In this document: positions 29,307-40,673 of the stretch, in pieces
How the letters are laid out: each line of letters starts with the position of its first letter
Numbering within the stretch: the first letter of the stretch is position 1
Source of the DNA: Promethearchaeota archaeon
Lineage (GTDB): Archaea > Asgardarchaeota > Lokiarchaeia > Sigyniarchaeales > SOKP01
DNA: 64,000 bases
Assembly: GCA_016926735.1 (NCBI GenBank)
Contig: JAFGOA010000223.1
Location: 35,147 to 99,146, forward strand
Direction: 5' to 3'
Notes under the pieces: model-generated
Database searches by the model: none
What the model was told of the DNA's origin: nothing
What the model saw: only the letters and a program-made list of their open reading frames with translations
Program-made: the position numbers and the translations under genes

Positions 29307-30662
29307 TTAGTCTAAATCATCAAAGATATTATAGATTTCATCGATTATATTATCAAATTCAACTATTTTTTGTTCTTCAGTTACCATATTCTTTATCGTG
29401 ATTCTATTTTGTTCCATTTCTTTTGGTCCTAATATTAAAGAAACTCTAACACCAAGTTCACTTGCTTTTTTAAGTTGATTTCCTAAATTTTCAAATCTAT
29501 AATCAATTATGCATGGAAATTCTTCATATCTTAATTCTCTTGCTATTTTGTGAGCATATTGAGATTGTTTTATATTTATTGAAGCAATATAAATAACATC
29601 AGAATAATCGCTATTCATAATTTCCTCTGGAATTAGATTATATGTTTCAAGAAAAAGTTTTAACATTAATAATCCCATTCCAAATCCAATTCCTGATAAT
29701 TCTTCATTTGAGAATAAAGATAATAAATTATCATATCTTCCTCCACCAAAAATCGCTCGTCTATTTTCTTTACCAGTATCAAAAACCTCAAAAACAGTAC
29801 CAGTATAATAATCTAGACCTCTGACAACATTTGATGCAAATGAGCAATATTCTGTGATATCTAAGTCTTGTATAAGATTTTCTATTTCAGATAATTCTTT
29901 ATAACCTTGACTCTCAAGAAATTGATCTGGGATATTATTAAATTTATTAAGAACTTCTTGTATACTTTTTGCATCCTTTAGGATTAAAATACCTTGTTTT
30001 ATTATTTCTTCTTTGAAATTATCATTAATGGTCTCTAAAAATTCCTTTTCTTCTAATTTATTGGATTTATCTAAAAGATTATATATCAATGATATTTTAT
30101 TCTTTGGAACCTTTAAAATAAAATCACAAATTGCATCAATAAATCGTCTATTATTGTAATATATTTGAAATTGTTCTGAAGTTGCCCCAAAACTCGTTAA
30201 AATATCTATAATTATATTCAAGATTTCTAATTCTGCATAAAGACTGTTTTCACCTAAGATATCAACATTGAATTGAATAAATTCTCTTCTTCTTCCTCGT
30301 TGTGTATCTTCATATCTATAGCAAGTTGGAACAGAATACCATCTAATTGGTTTTTTAAATTCTTGACTTTTTCTTGCAATCATTCTTGCAAGTGTGGGGG
30401 TGATTTCAGGTCTTAAAATAAGTTTTTTATTTCTTTTATCTTTAATCCAATATGCTTGTTCTTGGACTAATTCTTCAGATGATTTTGCTGCAAAAATTTC
30501 AATTGGTTCTAATAAAGGACCAGAATATTCTTCATAACAATAAACCTCAATGATATCTCTAATTTGGTCTATTATCCAATTGTCCAATCTTAAATTTGAA
30601 GGATATGAATCCTCCATACCTTTAAGAGGTTGTGTCGAAAATCTTTTGTTTTCTTCTTCCAT
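29307..30662 (-). CDS. hisS: Histidyl-tRNA synthetase
   Basis: LRPEITP, RYE..QRGRRREF, VRGLDYYTG, GGGRYD. Confidence 0.96.
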   Translation of the reverse strand: MEEENKRFSTQPLKGMEDSYPSNLRLDNWIIDQIRDIIEVYCYEEYSGPLLEPIEIFAAKSSEELVQEQAYWIKDKRNKKLILRPEITPTLARMIARKSQEFKKPIRWYSVPTCYRYEDTQRGRRREFIQFNVDILGENSLYAELEILNIIIDILTSFGATSEQFQIYYNNRRFIDAICDFILKVPKNKISLIYNLLDKSNKLEEKEFLETINDNFKEEIIKQGILILKDAKSIQEVLNKFNNIPDQFLESQGYKELSEIENLIQDLDITEYCSFASNVVRGLDYYTGTVFEVFDTGKENRRAIFGGGRYDNLLSLFSNEELSGIGFGMGLLMLKLFLETYNLIPEEIMNSDYSDVIYIASINIKQSQYAHKIARELRYEEFPCIIDYRFENLGNQLKKASELGVRVSLILGPKEMEQNRITIKNMVTEEQKIVEFDNIIDEIYNIFDDLD

Positions 30663-30738
30663 TAATTATAAATAAAGAAGGTTCTAAATTAAATATTCCA
30701 TATACAATAATTTTTAAAATTAAAATAAAAATTTAATG

Positions 30739-30811
30739 TGACCGACGGTCAATAAGTGACCAAAAGTTTAAATAAAAAAATAGATTCTATAATATTAATG
30801 ACCCTTGGTCA
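30739..30811. promoter_or_regulatory. Pair of TetR-type operators TGACC-N3-GGTCA (30739-30751, 30799-30811)
   Basis: TGACCGACGGTCA and TGACCCTTGGTCA directly upstream of a TetR gene. Confidence 0.75.
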
Positions 30812-30846
30812 ACTATTGAATAATAGTCAAAAGAAAAATATTTAGT

Positions 30847-31530
30847 ATGAATTCTTCAAATAAAGAAAAATTAAGCAGAACAAGATTAAGAAGAGAAAAA
30901 GAACGAGAGCAAAAACGGTTAAAAATTATTGCAGTTGCTGAAAAATTATTTTTTTCGCAAAGTTTTGATAATACAACTATGGAACAAATAGCATATGAAT
31001 CAGAATTTAGTAAGGGTACTTTATATAATTATTTTAGATCAAAAGATGAATTATATATAGCTATTGGAGTAAAAGCTTATGAATTAATTATACAATATAC
31101 TATAGATTTTACAAAAAAACATGATCTTGGATTAAGACAACTTATGGCAATCGGATATGCCTATTATGAATTTACTAAAGATTATCCTAATTTTGCTTCT
31201 ATTTTTCATGATATTTCATTAAAAGTACCTAATATTATCTCAAAGTCAAAGAATGAAATATCTGAAATTGAAGATCAATATCTTAAATTAGGGAATTCAT
31301 ATTGGGAGATCATGTTTAGTATATTAGATAATGCAATAAAAAATAAGAAAATAAGAGCAGATAAAGACCCTTCCATGATCGCTTATGTGCTAGCAACTCT
31401 TACAAAAGGATTAATTGAAGATTTAATGCAAACTCCTGAAATAATAAAAAGAGAATTTAAAATGGAACCAGATAAAATAATAGATTTTACCTTTGAATTA
31501 TTAGGAGATGGATTAAAACCAAGGGAATAG
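30847..31530 (+). CDS. TetR/AcrR family regulator
   Basis: TTMEQIA...SKGTLYNYFRSKDEL HTH. Confidence 0.93.
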   Translation: MNSSNKEKLSRTRLRREKEREQKRLKIIAVAEKLFFSQSFDNTTMEQIAYESEFSKGTLYNYFRSKDELYIAIGVKAYELIIQYTIDFTKKHDLGLRQLMAIGYAYYEFTKDYPNFASIFHDISLKVPNIISKSKNEISEIEDQYLKLGNSYWEIMFSILDNAIKNKKIRADKDPSMIAYVLATLTKGLIEDLMQTPEIIKREFKMEPDKIIDFTFELLGDGLKPRE

Positions 31531-31553
31531 ATACTAAAGGAGGATAATAAATA

Positions 31554-32045
31554 ATGTCAAATATTTTAATTGTATATTTTTCTCTTACGGGAAATACAAA
31601 AACAATAGCAGAAAAAATAGCCACAATTTGTAATGCGGATATTTTAGAATTAAAACTTAAAAAAGAATTAAAACCTGATAAAGGAATGACATATTTCTGG
31701 GGAGGATTTCAAGCTACTATGAAAAGAAAACCTAAATTAGTAGAATTCGATATAAATCCTTTTGATTATGAATTAATCATTATAGGCACTCCTGTATGGG
31801 CTTGGACCTTTTCTCCACCAATTCGATCTTTCATATCAAAATTTAAATTAAATGGTAAAAATGTTATTCTATTTGTTTCTTGTGATGGAAATGGTGAAAA
31901 AGCTATGAAAAGGTTTAAAGAAGCTTTAAAAGAAACTAATATCATTAGTGATTCTATTTTTCAAAATCATAAACAAGAGGGAATTGATGAAAAAAAAGAG
32001 AAAGCTATAGAATGGGCAAAGAAAATCTCTGAAAATTACATCTAA
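31554..32045 (+). CDS. Flavodoxin
   Basis: YFSLTGNT, IGTPVW; preceded by AAGGAGG. Confidence 0.9.
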   Translation: MSNILIVYFSLTGNTKTIAEKIATICNADILELKLKKELKPDKGMTYFWGGFQATMKRKPKLVEFDINPFDYELIIIGTPVWAWTFSPPIRSFISKFKLNGKNVILFVSCDGNGEKAMKRFKEALKETNIISDSIFQNHKQEGIDEKKEKAIEWAKKISENYI

Positions 32046-32307
32046 CAAATATCTTAAAATGTAATCATCCAGATGTAATTTATCTTTATTCCTTTGTGTA
32101 TTACATTTTTCTTTTTTTGTTTTAATCTAAATTGATTCAAATAAAAAACAAATTACAATTAGAAATCAAATCAAAATTTTAAATTTTGGAATTTTATAGA
32201 AATTACACTATCTTTATAGAATTTACCAATATTTTATAAATAATTTAAAGGTTATCTTATGAACTATAAACATCATATTTAATTCTTGTTTGATTAAATG
32301 ATTATAT

Positions 32308-32841
32308 ATGGAAAAAAAAATCAGCAAAACCTTAATAATGGGATTAAGAAATAGTGGTAAATCATCCATCTTGGAATATTTTCAAGGGATACGTAACCTA
32401 GTTTTATTCGGAAATATAAAACCAACAGTCCATATCGACAGAGTAATTTATCAAGCAGTTGATTATGAACATCTTATTTGGGATTTTGGAGGTCAAATCG
32501 ATTATTTAAGTGATTACTTAGAACAATTCTATGAATATGCTTATGAAGCAGATGAGATAATATATGTGATTGATATTCAAGATCAAGAGAAATATAATCC
32601 TTCTATCAATTTTTTAAAAAAAATTATTAAACTTTTAGTTGATAAAGAACTATATATAGATATTAAAGTGTTTTTGCATAAATTTGACCCGGATTTGGAT
32701 CATACACATCCAGAGATAAATGAAGAAGTAATTATTAATCTTCTAAAAGATGTTAAAAATATTTTTTCTGATAATATTAGCTACAGTATTTTTAAAACAT
32801 CTCTTTATGTTGATTTTAAAAAATATCAAATAATAGGATGA
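32308..32841 (+). CDS. Small Ras-superfamily GTPase (Rag/Arf-like)
   Basis: G1 GLRNSGKS, G2 PT, G3 WDFGGQ, G4 HKFD. Confidence 0.88.
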   Translation: MEKKISKTLIMGLRNSGKSSILEYFQGIRNLVLFGNIKPTVHIDRVIYQAVDYEHLIWDFGGQIDYLSDYLEQFYEYAYEADEIIYVIDIQDQEKYNPSINFLKKIIKLLVDKELYIDIKVFLHKFDPDLDHTHPEINEEVIINLLKDVKNIFSDNISYSIFKTSLYVDFKKYQIIG

Positions 32842-32918
32842 AATATTTCTTTAAAATTCATCCTGAATTTGCTTTAAATTTATTTAAGATTGAATTTTCT
32901 TGAAGAAGTAGGTCCTCT

Positions 32919-33029
32919 CTATACAGTAATTTTTTGACAATAGAATGCTCTTTTTCCGTTAATATAAACATTTACTTTATCCTCTTCTTTCTGGATCATA
33001 ATTTACTCGTTGATCTCAAATTCCTGCAT
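32919..33029 (-). pseudogene. Decayed gene fragment MQEFEINE*IMIQKEEDKVNVYINGKRAFYCQK
   Basis: Hand translation with an internal TAA; resembles from memory the FKINEYITLKLE..NIYVNG N-terminal domain common in lokiarchaeal proteins. Confidence 0.45.
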
Positions 33030-33053
33030 ATTTTGTTTTATTTACACTTTATT

Positions 33054-33824
33054 TTATAATACATATGACCTTTTTCCTTCATTTATATTTATTCTATATT
33101 GAAGCTTTTCATCATCATAATAGGGATACACATCTTTAGTATTATGTTTTATAAAGAACTCTAATACATCTTCTGGTGTAGAAAATAAAGGTGCGTTATA
33201 ATACTCCCCATCATCTCTAAATGTACTTACTCCAACCTGAACATAATTCTTTTCACGATTAGACTTGCCTCCATCGTGATGAAAGGCATCAAATAAGTTT
33301 CTGGTAATTTCTTTATAATTAACAGATCCTAATTCAAAATTCTCTGAGTATTGTTCTGGAATATTCTCAATGAATTCAACAGCAGATCTTTCTCCATAAA
33401 CTGTTATAAAAGGCAGAGGACATGTGAAATACCATTCAATAACGGATTTTAACTTTCTATATGCTAATGTTCTTTTAATTAATGCCATTTTTTTGTCATA
33501 ATTCTCCTGTTTTTTTCTTACTTCGTCCTCAGTTAATCGAAATTTTGCAAGATTTTTTTCATTCCAGGTATTTTTTATCAATCTTAATTCCTTTGTCTCA
33601 TAGTTATAAATAACAGCACCATGAGACCATGAATCTCTCAGATAATACCAATCATTAAATTCCTCTATGGGAACCATTGGAGTATTAGAAAAACAATCCA
33701 TCGGAAATAATTGAAAATATCTTAGAACTTGAATTTGATTAAATCCCATCTTTTTCTCTAAAGCTTCTGCACATCCTTCAATAATTTTATTAATATCATG
33801 CTTAAATCCCGTATCTTGAGTCAA
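33054..33824 (-). CDS. Hypothetical protein
   Basis: 256-aa open frame with protein-like composition, TTG start after a purine-rich tract. Confidence 0.6.
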   Translation of the reverse strand: MTQDTGFKHDINKIIEGCAEALEKKMGFNQIQVLRYFQLFPMDCFSNTPMVPIEEFNDWYYLRDSWSHGAVIYNYETKELRLIKNTWNEKNLAKFRLTEDEVRKKQENYDKKMALIKRTLAYRKLKSVIEWYFTCPLPFITVYGERSAVEFIENIPEQYSENFELGSVNYKEITRNLFDAFHHDGGKSNREKNYVQVGVSTFRDDGEYYNAPLFSTPEDVLEFFIKHNTKDVYPYYDDEKLQYRININEGKRSYVL

Positions 33825-34308
33825 TTTTACCCCTTCTTAATTTTTTCTTTAATTCTATTTTTATTTATTAATTCTAGTCTTAACCTATATTGAATACAAC
33901 AGAAATATATCTTTTATTGTAAAATTTCTTAGGATTAACATCATATTTATAAAATATATTAATATTGATATCTTTTTTTAACTTCTGTTGAAATAATGGT
34001 ACTAAATTCAGTTCTCTTATCCTCGCTTTAATCCTATAAGGTCTAATAATACAAATAAAGCTTCTCGCTTTAGAAATAATTAAATTTCGAATTATTTGTG
34101 AAATTTAGTCTTTGGGAATTGTAAATAACTTTAATTTTTGATAAAATTTACTAAGAATCTTACTAATATTATATTTTTAGACAAAAAGTTTTAAAATATC
34201 ATAAAACAACTATAAATCAAAAAAATACAATATTAAAATGAATTTCTCAAAAATTTTTGTTAATTTTTAAAAATTAACGTTATTTACAAAGAAATTAGCA
34301 GATTTATC

Positions 34309-35238
34309 ATGTCTTTTATAAGCAATCTTATAACAGTAATAAAAGAAAAGAAAAGTGTTGTATGTATGGGACTTGATCCCCAACTCGAAGGAGTTAATAG
34401 AATCCCTGAATGTTTAATAGAACAATATAATAACCCAAATGATATTATATTAAATTTTAACAAAGAGTTAATTGAAAAAACTTATGATTTGATTCCAATA
34501 ATAAAACCTCAAATTGCATTTTATGAAAAATATGATGCTTTAAATGCTTTAAAGGAAACAATTAAATTTGCTCATAAAAAAGATTTATTAGTTCTTTTAG
34601 ATTCTAAAAGAAATGATATAGGTGCTACTTCAGAAGCATACGCTTTTTCTAATTATGAAGTTTTTAATGCTGATGCATGTACTATCAATGCCTATTTAGG
34701 TTATGATTGTATCAAACCTTTTCTTCAATATGAAAATAAAGGTAAATTCATTTTAGTTAAGACTTCTAATCCAAGTAGTAAAGATTTTCAAGATTTATTT
34801 AGTTTAAATTTAGAAAATATTTCAAATGAGGAATATGAAATAGCTATTGATAAATTGAATCCAGATTTAAAACTAAAACGAAATTACATCCAAATGGCTG
34901 AGCTTATTCAAAAATGGGGAGTGAATTTAGAAAGATATAACGATTATCATAATTTAGGGATTGTTGCAGGTGCAACATTTCCAGAAGAATTAAAAATTCT
35001 GAGAAAAATAGTTAAAAATTCTTTTATTCTAATTCCGGGATTTGGAGCACAAGGCGCTACTGCAAAAGATGTAAAATATGGATTTAATCAAGAAGGATTA
35101 GGAGCAATTGTTAATTCTTCAAGAGGAATTACCTATGCATATGTGAATAATAAGTTTAAACCTGAGAAATTTGCTGATGCAGCAAAAAATGAAATCAAGA
35201 GAATGAATTTAGAAATAAAAAAAGAAATTAATCTATAA
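34309..35238 (+). CDS. pyrF: Orotidine-5'-phosphate decarboxylase
   Basis: GLDP, KPQIAFYE, DSKRNDIGAT, KTSNP, PGFGAQG, NSSRGI. Confidence 0.96.
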   Translation: MSFISNLITVIKEKKSVVCMGLDPQLEGVNRIPECLIEQYNNPNDIILNFNKELIEKTYDLIPIIKPQIAFYEKYDALNALKETIKFAHKKDLLVLLDSKRNDIGATSEAYAFSNYEVFNADACTINAYLGYDCIKPFLQYENKGKFILVKTSNPSSKDFQDLFSLNLENISNEEYEIAIDKLNPDLKLKRNYIQMAELIQKWGVNLERYNDYHNLGIVAGATFPEELKILRKIVKNSFILIPGFGAQGATAKDVKYGFNQEGLGAIVNSSRGITYAYVNNKFKPEKFADAAKNEIKRMNLEIKKEINL

Positions 35239-35356
35239 CTATTTTTTTATCATATATTGATATTATTTGATTTATATTCTATTTTGAATATAATATTTGT
35301 TTCATGAAAAAATGAAAATATTGTATTATCAGGAAAATTAAAAAAGAAATTAATTG

Positions 35357-35827
35357 TTATTCTTGGTCTTTTGATTCATTAAAATTTCTTCCCAAATGAG
35401 CAATTTCAAAATATTCTTTATATTTTTCAATTTCGTCATGAACTTCTTTCAATTCTTTAGTTTCTAACATTTGATCTAAAGTTTTTTTGGTTGATATATA
35501 AATTTCAGGAATGAAAGTGTTGACTTGAGAAAGTTGATAAGCTAAATCTTTAATGGAAGATAAATCTAATCTTAAATCAATTTCTTTTTGTTTAATTTGT
35601 TCAATAATTTTCTTTTCAAGTTTTCTTCTTGATATATTACTCCAAGTTATTTCATATGCGAAATAATTCACACTTTGAACTGCTTCCGTTAAAAGAGCAG
35701 TTCCAGTTGCAATTGCAATACTTCCTGTAATTATATATGCTGTCAAAGTACCTAAAACTAAAGTAAGTGCTCGATAAATTAAACTTTTAACAAGTGTTTG
35801 CTTCCATTCTATTTTTCGTGATTTCAT
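35357..35827 (-). CDS. DUF2061-like membrane protein
   Basis: LVKSLIYR...YFAYEITW N-terminal hairpin. Confidence 0.65.
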   Translation of the reverse strand: MKSRKIEWKQTLVKSLIYRALTLVLGTLTAYIITGSIAIATGTALLTEAVQSVNYFAYEITWSNISRRKLEKKIIEQIKQKEIDLRLDLSSIKDLAYQLSQVNTFIPEIYISTKKTLDQMLETKELKEVHDEIEKYKEYFEIAHLGRNFNESKDQE

Positions 35828-35994
35828 TTAAAATACCATTCTCATTCATTTATAATAGTTGTATTCTGAGATATTAACTATATTAAAATCACCATTATTA
35901 AATCTTATTTGAAAATATCTTAACGACTTACTAAAAATGAGTATATTTCATCTTATTTAATTCAAGAATAAGACCTAGCGTTCAAAAAATGTAT

Positions 35995-36393
35995 TTAAGG
36001 AGATAATATCTGAACTAATGACCATATTTCCATAAACATAAAGAAACCAAGAGGAATCATAAAAACCAAGAAAATGAATATAGATTTTCCAATTCCCACT
36101 TCATACAAAATATTTACTAGATTAATATTTATAAAAATCGCTAAAAATAATACTGGAAACATCTCTGGAGGAGGACCCTCATCATTAAATGCTCCAGAAA
36201 ATCCTGCTAATATTATTGGAATTGAACATAACATTACTACACCAACTTGCAGTCCAATACTTATTAGAATCCATTTTATATCTGTTCTTTTTTCTGCTTT
36301 AGTTATTTTCAAACATATCTTTAAAACAATAATTCCTAAAATTACAAATAAAATTGGTGCTACGCTTGCTATTATAATTGGTTCTTCATCCAT
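35995..36393 (-). CDS. Small membrane protein
   Basis: Four hydrophobic segments. Confidence 0.6.
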   Translation of the reverse strand: MDEEPIIIASVAPILFVILGIIVLKICLKITKAEKRTDIKWILISIGLQVGVVMLCSIPIILAGFSGAFNDEGPPPEMFPVLFLAIFININLVNILYEVGIGKSIFIFLVFMIPLGFFMFMEIWSLVQILSP

Positions 36394-36577
36394 AATTTAT
36401 CTCAATTATTTTTAAATTACTTTCTTATAAAACTAATAAAAAAGATTTTTGATTTAAATTTATTTTTTATTTATAGAGATGATGTTTTAAATAATATAAA
36501 ATATTTTGAATTAGTAAATAATAATATCAGAATTATTTGGAGGTTACCAATAAAAAATAAATAAAGATTGATATGCA

Positions 36578-38539
36578 ATGGAAAAAAAAGAAAACAAAGA
36601 TATACGGAGTTTTGTTGTTGTCTGTCGATGTGGTATTAACATTTCAGAAATAATCGATTGTCCTTCCCTAGTTGAATTCTCTAAAAAATTACCTACTGTT
36701 GTTGATGCTGATGAATATATTAGTATTTGTACTGAACCAGGTGCAGAATTTATAAAAAAAAAAATGACAGAAGCTAATGCCAATAGATTGATTGTTGTTG
36801 CTTGTACCCCTAAAACTCATGAACCTGTGTTTAAAACTGTTCTTGAGTCGATGAATTTAGATCCTTCTTATCTTGAATTTGCAAATATAAGAGAACATAG
36901 TAGTTTTGTTCATAGAAATGATATTGAAGGTGCTCAAAAAGTAGCTAAAGATATAGTTAAATCTGCTGTTGCAAGAGCATCCTTGTTAGAACCTATTAAA
37001 ATAAAAGAAGTAGATATCACCAAAGAAGTTTTAATACTTGGTGGAGGTGTTTCAGGGTTAACTTGTGCAATAGATCTAGCTGAAGAAGGGTATATAGTAC
37101 ATCTAGTTGAAAAATCTCCTACAATTGGAGGTAAGATGGCTCAATTAGATAGAACGTTTCCAACTGATGATTGTTCAATCTGAATTTTAGGACCAGTAAT
37201 GTTACAAGCAGCGAGAACCAAAGGACTAAATATATACACATATAGTGAATTAGAGAACGCTAATGGATTTGTCGGGAATTTTGATGTAAAAATCAGAAAA
37301 AGAGCAAGATTTGTAACAAATGATTGTAATGGATGTGGTGCTTGTGAACCTGTTTGCCCTGCAATTAGTTCAAATGAATTTAATGAAGGATTAAATCCAA
37401 GATCAGCAATTTATACAGCATTTGCTCAAGCAGTACCCTCTATCGCACAAATTGATATGACAAAATGTATAAAATGTGGTCTATGTCAAAAAGCATGTGA
37501 ACTAAATGCTATAGATTTTGATCAAAAAGATGAAATTCAAGAGATAAAAGTAGGAGCAATTGTCGTAGCTACTGGTTGGGATGAATATATACCTCCTATT
37601 GGAATGTTAGGATTTAATATATATCCTAATGTTATTACTCAAATGAAATTAGAGAGAATTCTTGCCCCAAATGGTCCTACAATCGGACATTTAGCAAGAC
37701 CTTCTGATGGAAAAACACCAAAAAAAATCTTATTCATTCAGTGTGTTGGTTCACGAGATTTAAATAAAAATACTTATTGTAGCTCAGGAGTATGTTGTAT
37801 GATTTCAATAAAAAATACAAAGCTTATTAAACAACATTATCCTGATTGCGAAATAACCGTAGCATATATGGATATTCGTGCAGCAGGAAAAGATTATGAA
37901 GAGTATTTTACAGCATCTAGAAAGGAAGGGATAAGATATATCAGAACTAATATTAGTAAGATAGAAGAAAATCTTGAAAATCACAATTTAATCATTAAAA
38001 TGCAAAATACTCTCAGAGATTCTAAGAAATTTCAGGAAAATGAATTTGAAATGGTTGTACTTTCTTGTGCTATGACTCCCCCTAGAGGAATAAAAAAAAT
38101 ACAAACCTTACTAAAATTAGAGACAAGCAGAGATGGCTTTTTCAAAGAATTTCATGCAAGATTGAATCCAATTGATACAAAAATACCTGGAATTATTCTT
38201 GCAGGGGTTAGTCAAGGTCCTAAATCTATAGCTGAATCGATATCTCAAGGAAGAGCCGCAGCCTCATCCGCAGCTCGATTAATGAGTAAGGATAAATTTA
38301 GAATTGCTCTAATTAGAGCAAAAGTAGATAAAGAAAAATGTGCTAAATGCGGTTTATGTGAATTTAATTGCCCTTATAATGCTATTACTTTGAAAGATGA
38401 TGGCGCAGATGTTGATGAAATTTTATGTAGAGGATGTGGTTCATGTTTAGCTAATTGTCCATCAGAAGCAATAAGTTTAAGATATTATAAAGAGAATCAG
38501 TATGAAAAACAAATAGATGCGATTCTTGAGAATACATAG
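36578..38539 (+). CDS. hdrA: Heterodisulfide reductase subunit A-like selenoprotein (Sec at TGA 37181-37183), 653 aa
   Basis: Two track ORFs are in the same frame across one TGA in TFPTDDCSI-U-ILGP, a conserved Cys position; GGGVSG FAD motif; ferredoxin motifs. Confidence 0.93.
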
Positions 38540-38547
38540 AGAGGTTG

Positions 38548-39024
38548 ATGATTATTACAAAATCAGATTTAAAAATTATTAGCTTTATGTGTTGGAAATG
38601 AGGATATGGTGCTGGAGATATGGCAGGAACAATTCGTGCTCAATATCCCGCTACAATCAGACCTATTCGAATTAATTGTACTGGAAGAGTCACTCCAAGT
38701 TTAATGATGCGTACATTAGGAAAAGGTGCTGATGGAATTATAGTAGCTGGATGATATCCTGGAGAATGTGATTTTGAAACAGGTAATCTTGTTGCTGAAA
38801 AAAATGTTCAATATGTAAGAGAAATTTTGAAAACAATTGGACTCTCCGAAGAACGAGTACACATGTTTAATTGTAGTGCAGCAGAAGGACAGAGATTTCA
38901 AGAGGAGATTACTAGAATTTCTGAAATAATTGAGACACTTGGCAACAACCCTTTTAAAGAATCTAATACATTAAAAAAAGTATCTGATTCTAAAGAAGGA
39001 AAAAAAATAAACCGAATTGAATGA
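38548..39024 (+). CDS. mvhD: MvhD/VhuD hydrogenase delta subunit with two Sec (TGA 38599, TGA 38752), 158 aa
   Basis: Hand translation: FMCWK-U-GYGAGD...RINCTGRV...GADGIIVAG-U-YPGEC...CSAAEG. Confidence 0.92.
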
Positions 39025-39058
39025 TTTTTATGAAGAAAATTTGGTCATAAAATGACAA
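39017..39058 (+). promoter_or_regulatory. Eukaryote-like SECIS element (kink-turn core)
   Basis: AUGAU / UGAC core closing a perfect 8-bp stem UUUUAUGA:UCAUAAAA with an A-rich loop, immediately 3' of hdrA-mvhD. Confidence 0.7.
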
Positions 39059-39217
39059 CCTTGTGATGGTTTATTCGGTATTTTCAATTTATAACCTAAT
39101 TTTTAACTAAAAAAATTATTTAGATAATTTATTATCAACTCAAATTAGAATAAAAGAAAAATTTAATTTAAATGAAGAAAAATAAAAAATAATCTAATAA
39201 GAATAATTCAAACTATT

Positions 39218-40528
39218 ATGTCAAATGTTCAGAAAGACAAAATCGAAAAATTATATGAAAAAGCAGAGCAACTTTATAAGGCAATTCAATATAAAAAGGC
39301 AGGTAAGACTTATTATCGCGTGGGAGAAAGCTTTTATGAAATAAAAGAATTTAAAATTGCTCAAGAAGCTTACTTTAAAGCAGCAGATTCTTTTATACAA
39401 AAAGAAGATCATGAAAAAGTCATAAAATCTCTAAGAAAATCTATAGATTCTTATTTAGAATTAGATGATATTGAAAATGCTCTTAAATTGTTGGAAAAAT
39501 CAATTGATTATATAGAGAAATTAAATAATCAAGATCTTAGAGAATCTTCTTATATCTTATTCTCATTCCTATCTTATTTATGTTATTATGCATTAGGTGT
39601 TCCAGATAAGGGGCTCAACGTTGTTAAAAGAGCTCAAAAGAGAGTAGATAAAGAATATTTCAAACAAAATTCTACAATCCACCTTATAACTAATTTTACT
39701 ATCGCTTTAAGAGATAAAAAGAAAAAAAAAATTGATAAACTAACTGAAGATCTGCATCATATACAATTATATAATGGTGAGCTAAAATTAGTTAAAAATA
39801 TTCTCTTAATTGCAACAATTAATGTTGATAATACGCCTGAAATTAAATTAGATAAAGAAGATTACATAACAAATGAAATTATCCAAATGAATATGGATAT
39901 TAATATTCAATCTATGTTAGAGACCGCAAAAAAAGATTTCTTTGATTTTAGAATAGATGAAATTACGATTAAAGGAATTAAAATAAATCTTACTGACAAT
40001 TTATCAATTCAAACAAAACCTAGATTACCTTTAATTCTTGACTTGGAAAGTAATTTTAACTTTAATTTTTCTATAAAACCACAATTTATTACAGAGATGA
40101 GTACAATAGGTCCTATTAAAATTGAATTTTTGATAAATAATCTATACTCATTTTATATTGAAAATAGAAATGAATTTCCAATAAATCTTTCAGCTCCTCC
40201 AACTTCTCTTGAGATCTCCTTAAAAAGTTTGAAAACTCCTTTGATTGATAAGACTTTTCCACTAGAAATATTGATAGAAAATAAAAGTGAGGGAGATGCT
40301 TCTGATTTGAATATAAATATTAAATTTCCCGAACAAATTAGAGTTATTAGAGGTACAATTGAAAAACAGATATATTCTCTAAGATCTAATGAAACAATTA
40401 AATGGGAAATCAGCTCAAGACCTCTTGAAGCAGGAGATTTTGAGATTCAAATTGATTTTAGCTTTAAAGATCCTGATAATAATAATATAGAAGAAAAAAT
40501 AACATTTCCATTAGCAATAAAATTGTAA
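39218..40528 (+). CDS. TPR/SNAP-like helical protein with C-terminal Ig-like domains
   Basis: N-terminal A..Y..A TPR-like helices; C-terminal beta-sandwich (IENKSEGDA...PLEAGDF). Confidence 0.6.
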   Translation: MSNVQKDKIEKLYEKAEQLYKAIQYKKAGKTYYRVGESFYEIKEFKIAQEAYFKAADSFIQKEDHEKVIKSLRKSIDSYLELDDIENALKLLEKSIDYIEKLNNQDLRESSYILFSFLSYLCYYALGVPDKGLNVVKRAQKRVDKEYFKQNSTIHLITNFTIALRDKKKKKIDKLTEDLHHIQLYNGELKLVKNILLIATINVDNTPEIKLDKEDYITNEIIQMNMDINIQSMLETAKKDFFDFRIDEITIKGIKINLTDNLSIQTKPRLPLILDLESNFNFNFSIKPQFITEMSTIGPIKIEFLINNLYSFYIENRNEFPINLSAPPTSLEISLKSLKTPLIDKTFPLEILIENKSEGDASDLNINIKFPEQIRVIRGTIEKQIYSLRSNETIKWEISSRPLEAGDFEIQIDFSFKDPDNNNIEEKITFPLAIKL

Positions 40529-40537
40529 GAATTCGTT

Positions 40538-40560
40538 TATTAGGAAATAAATTCCTAATA
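40538..40560. terminator. Inverted repeat TATTAGGAA-N5-TTCCTAATA (terminator or operator)
   Basis: 9-bp perfect stem 10 nt after a stop codon. Confidence 0.35.
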
Positions 40561-40673
40561 TATTATATTTTAAATTATTAGTTAAAAATAAAGAACTATT
40601 TTTATAAAAGGATCAATTTAATAGTATGTTCTAAGCTTATTATTATACAACATAATGTAAAAAAAATGATAGT

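Noticed and set aside
37181-37198. HdrA split as an intron or as two genes
   Set aside because: No extra sequence is present; a single in-frame TGA at a conserved Cys position indicates selenocysteine
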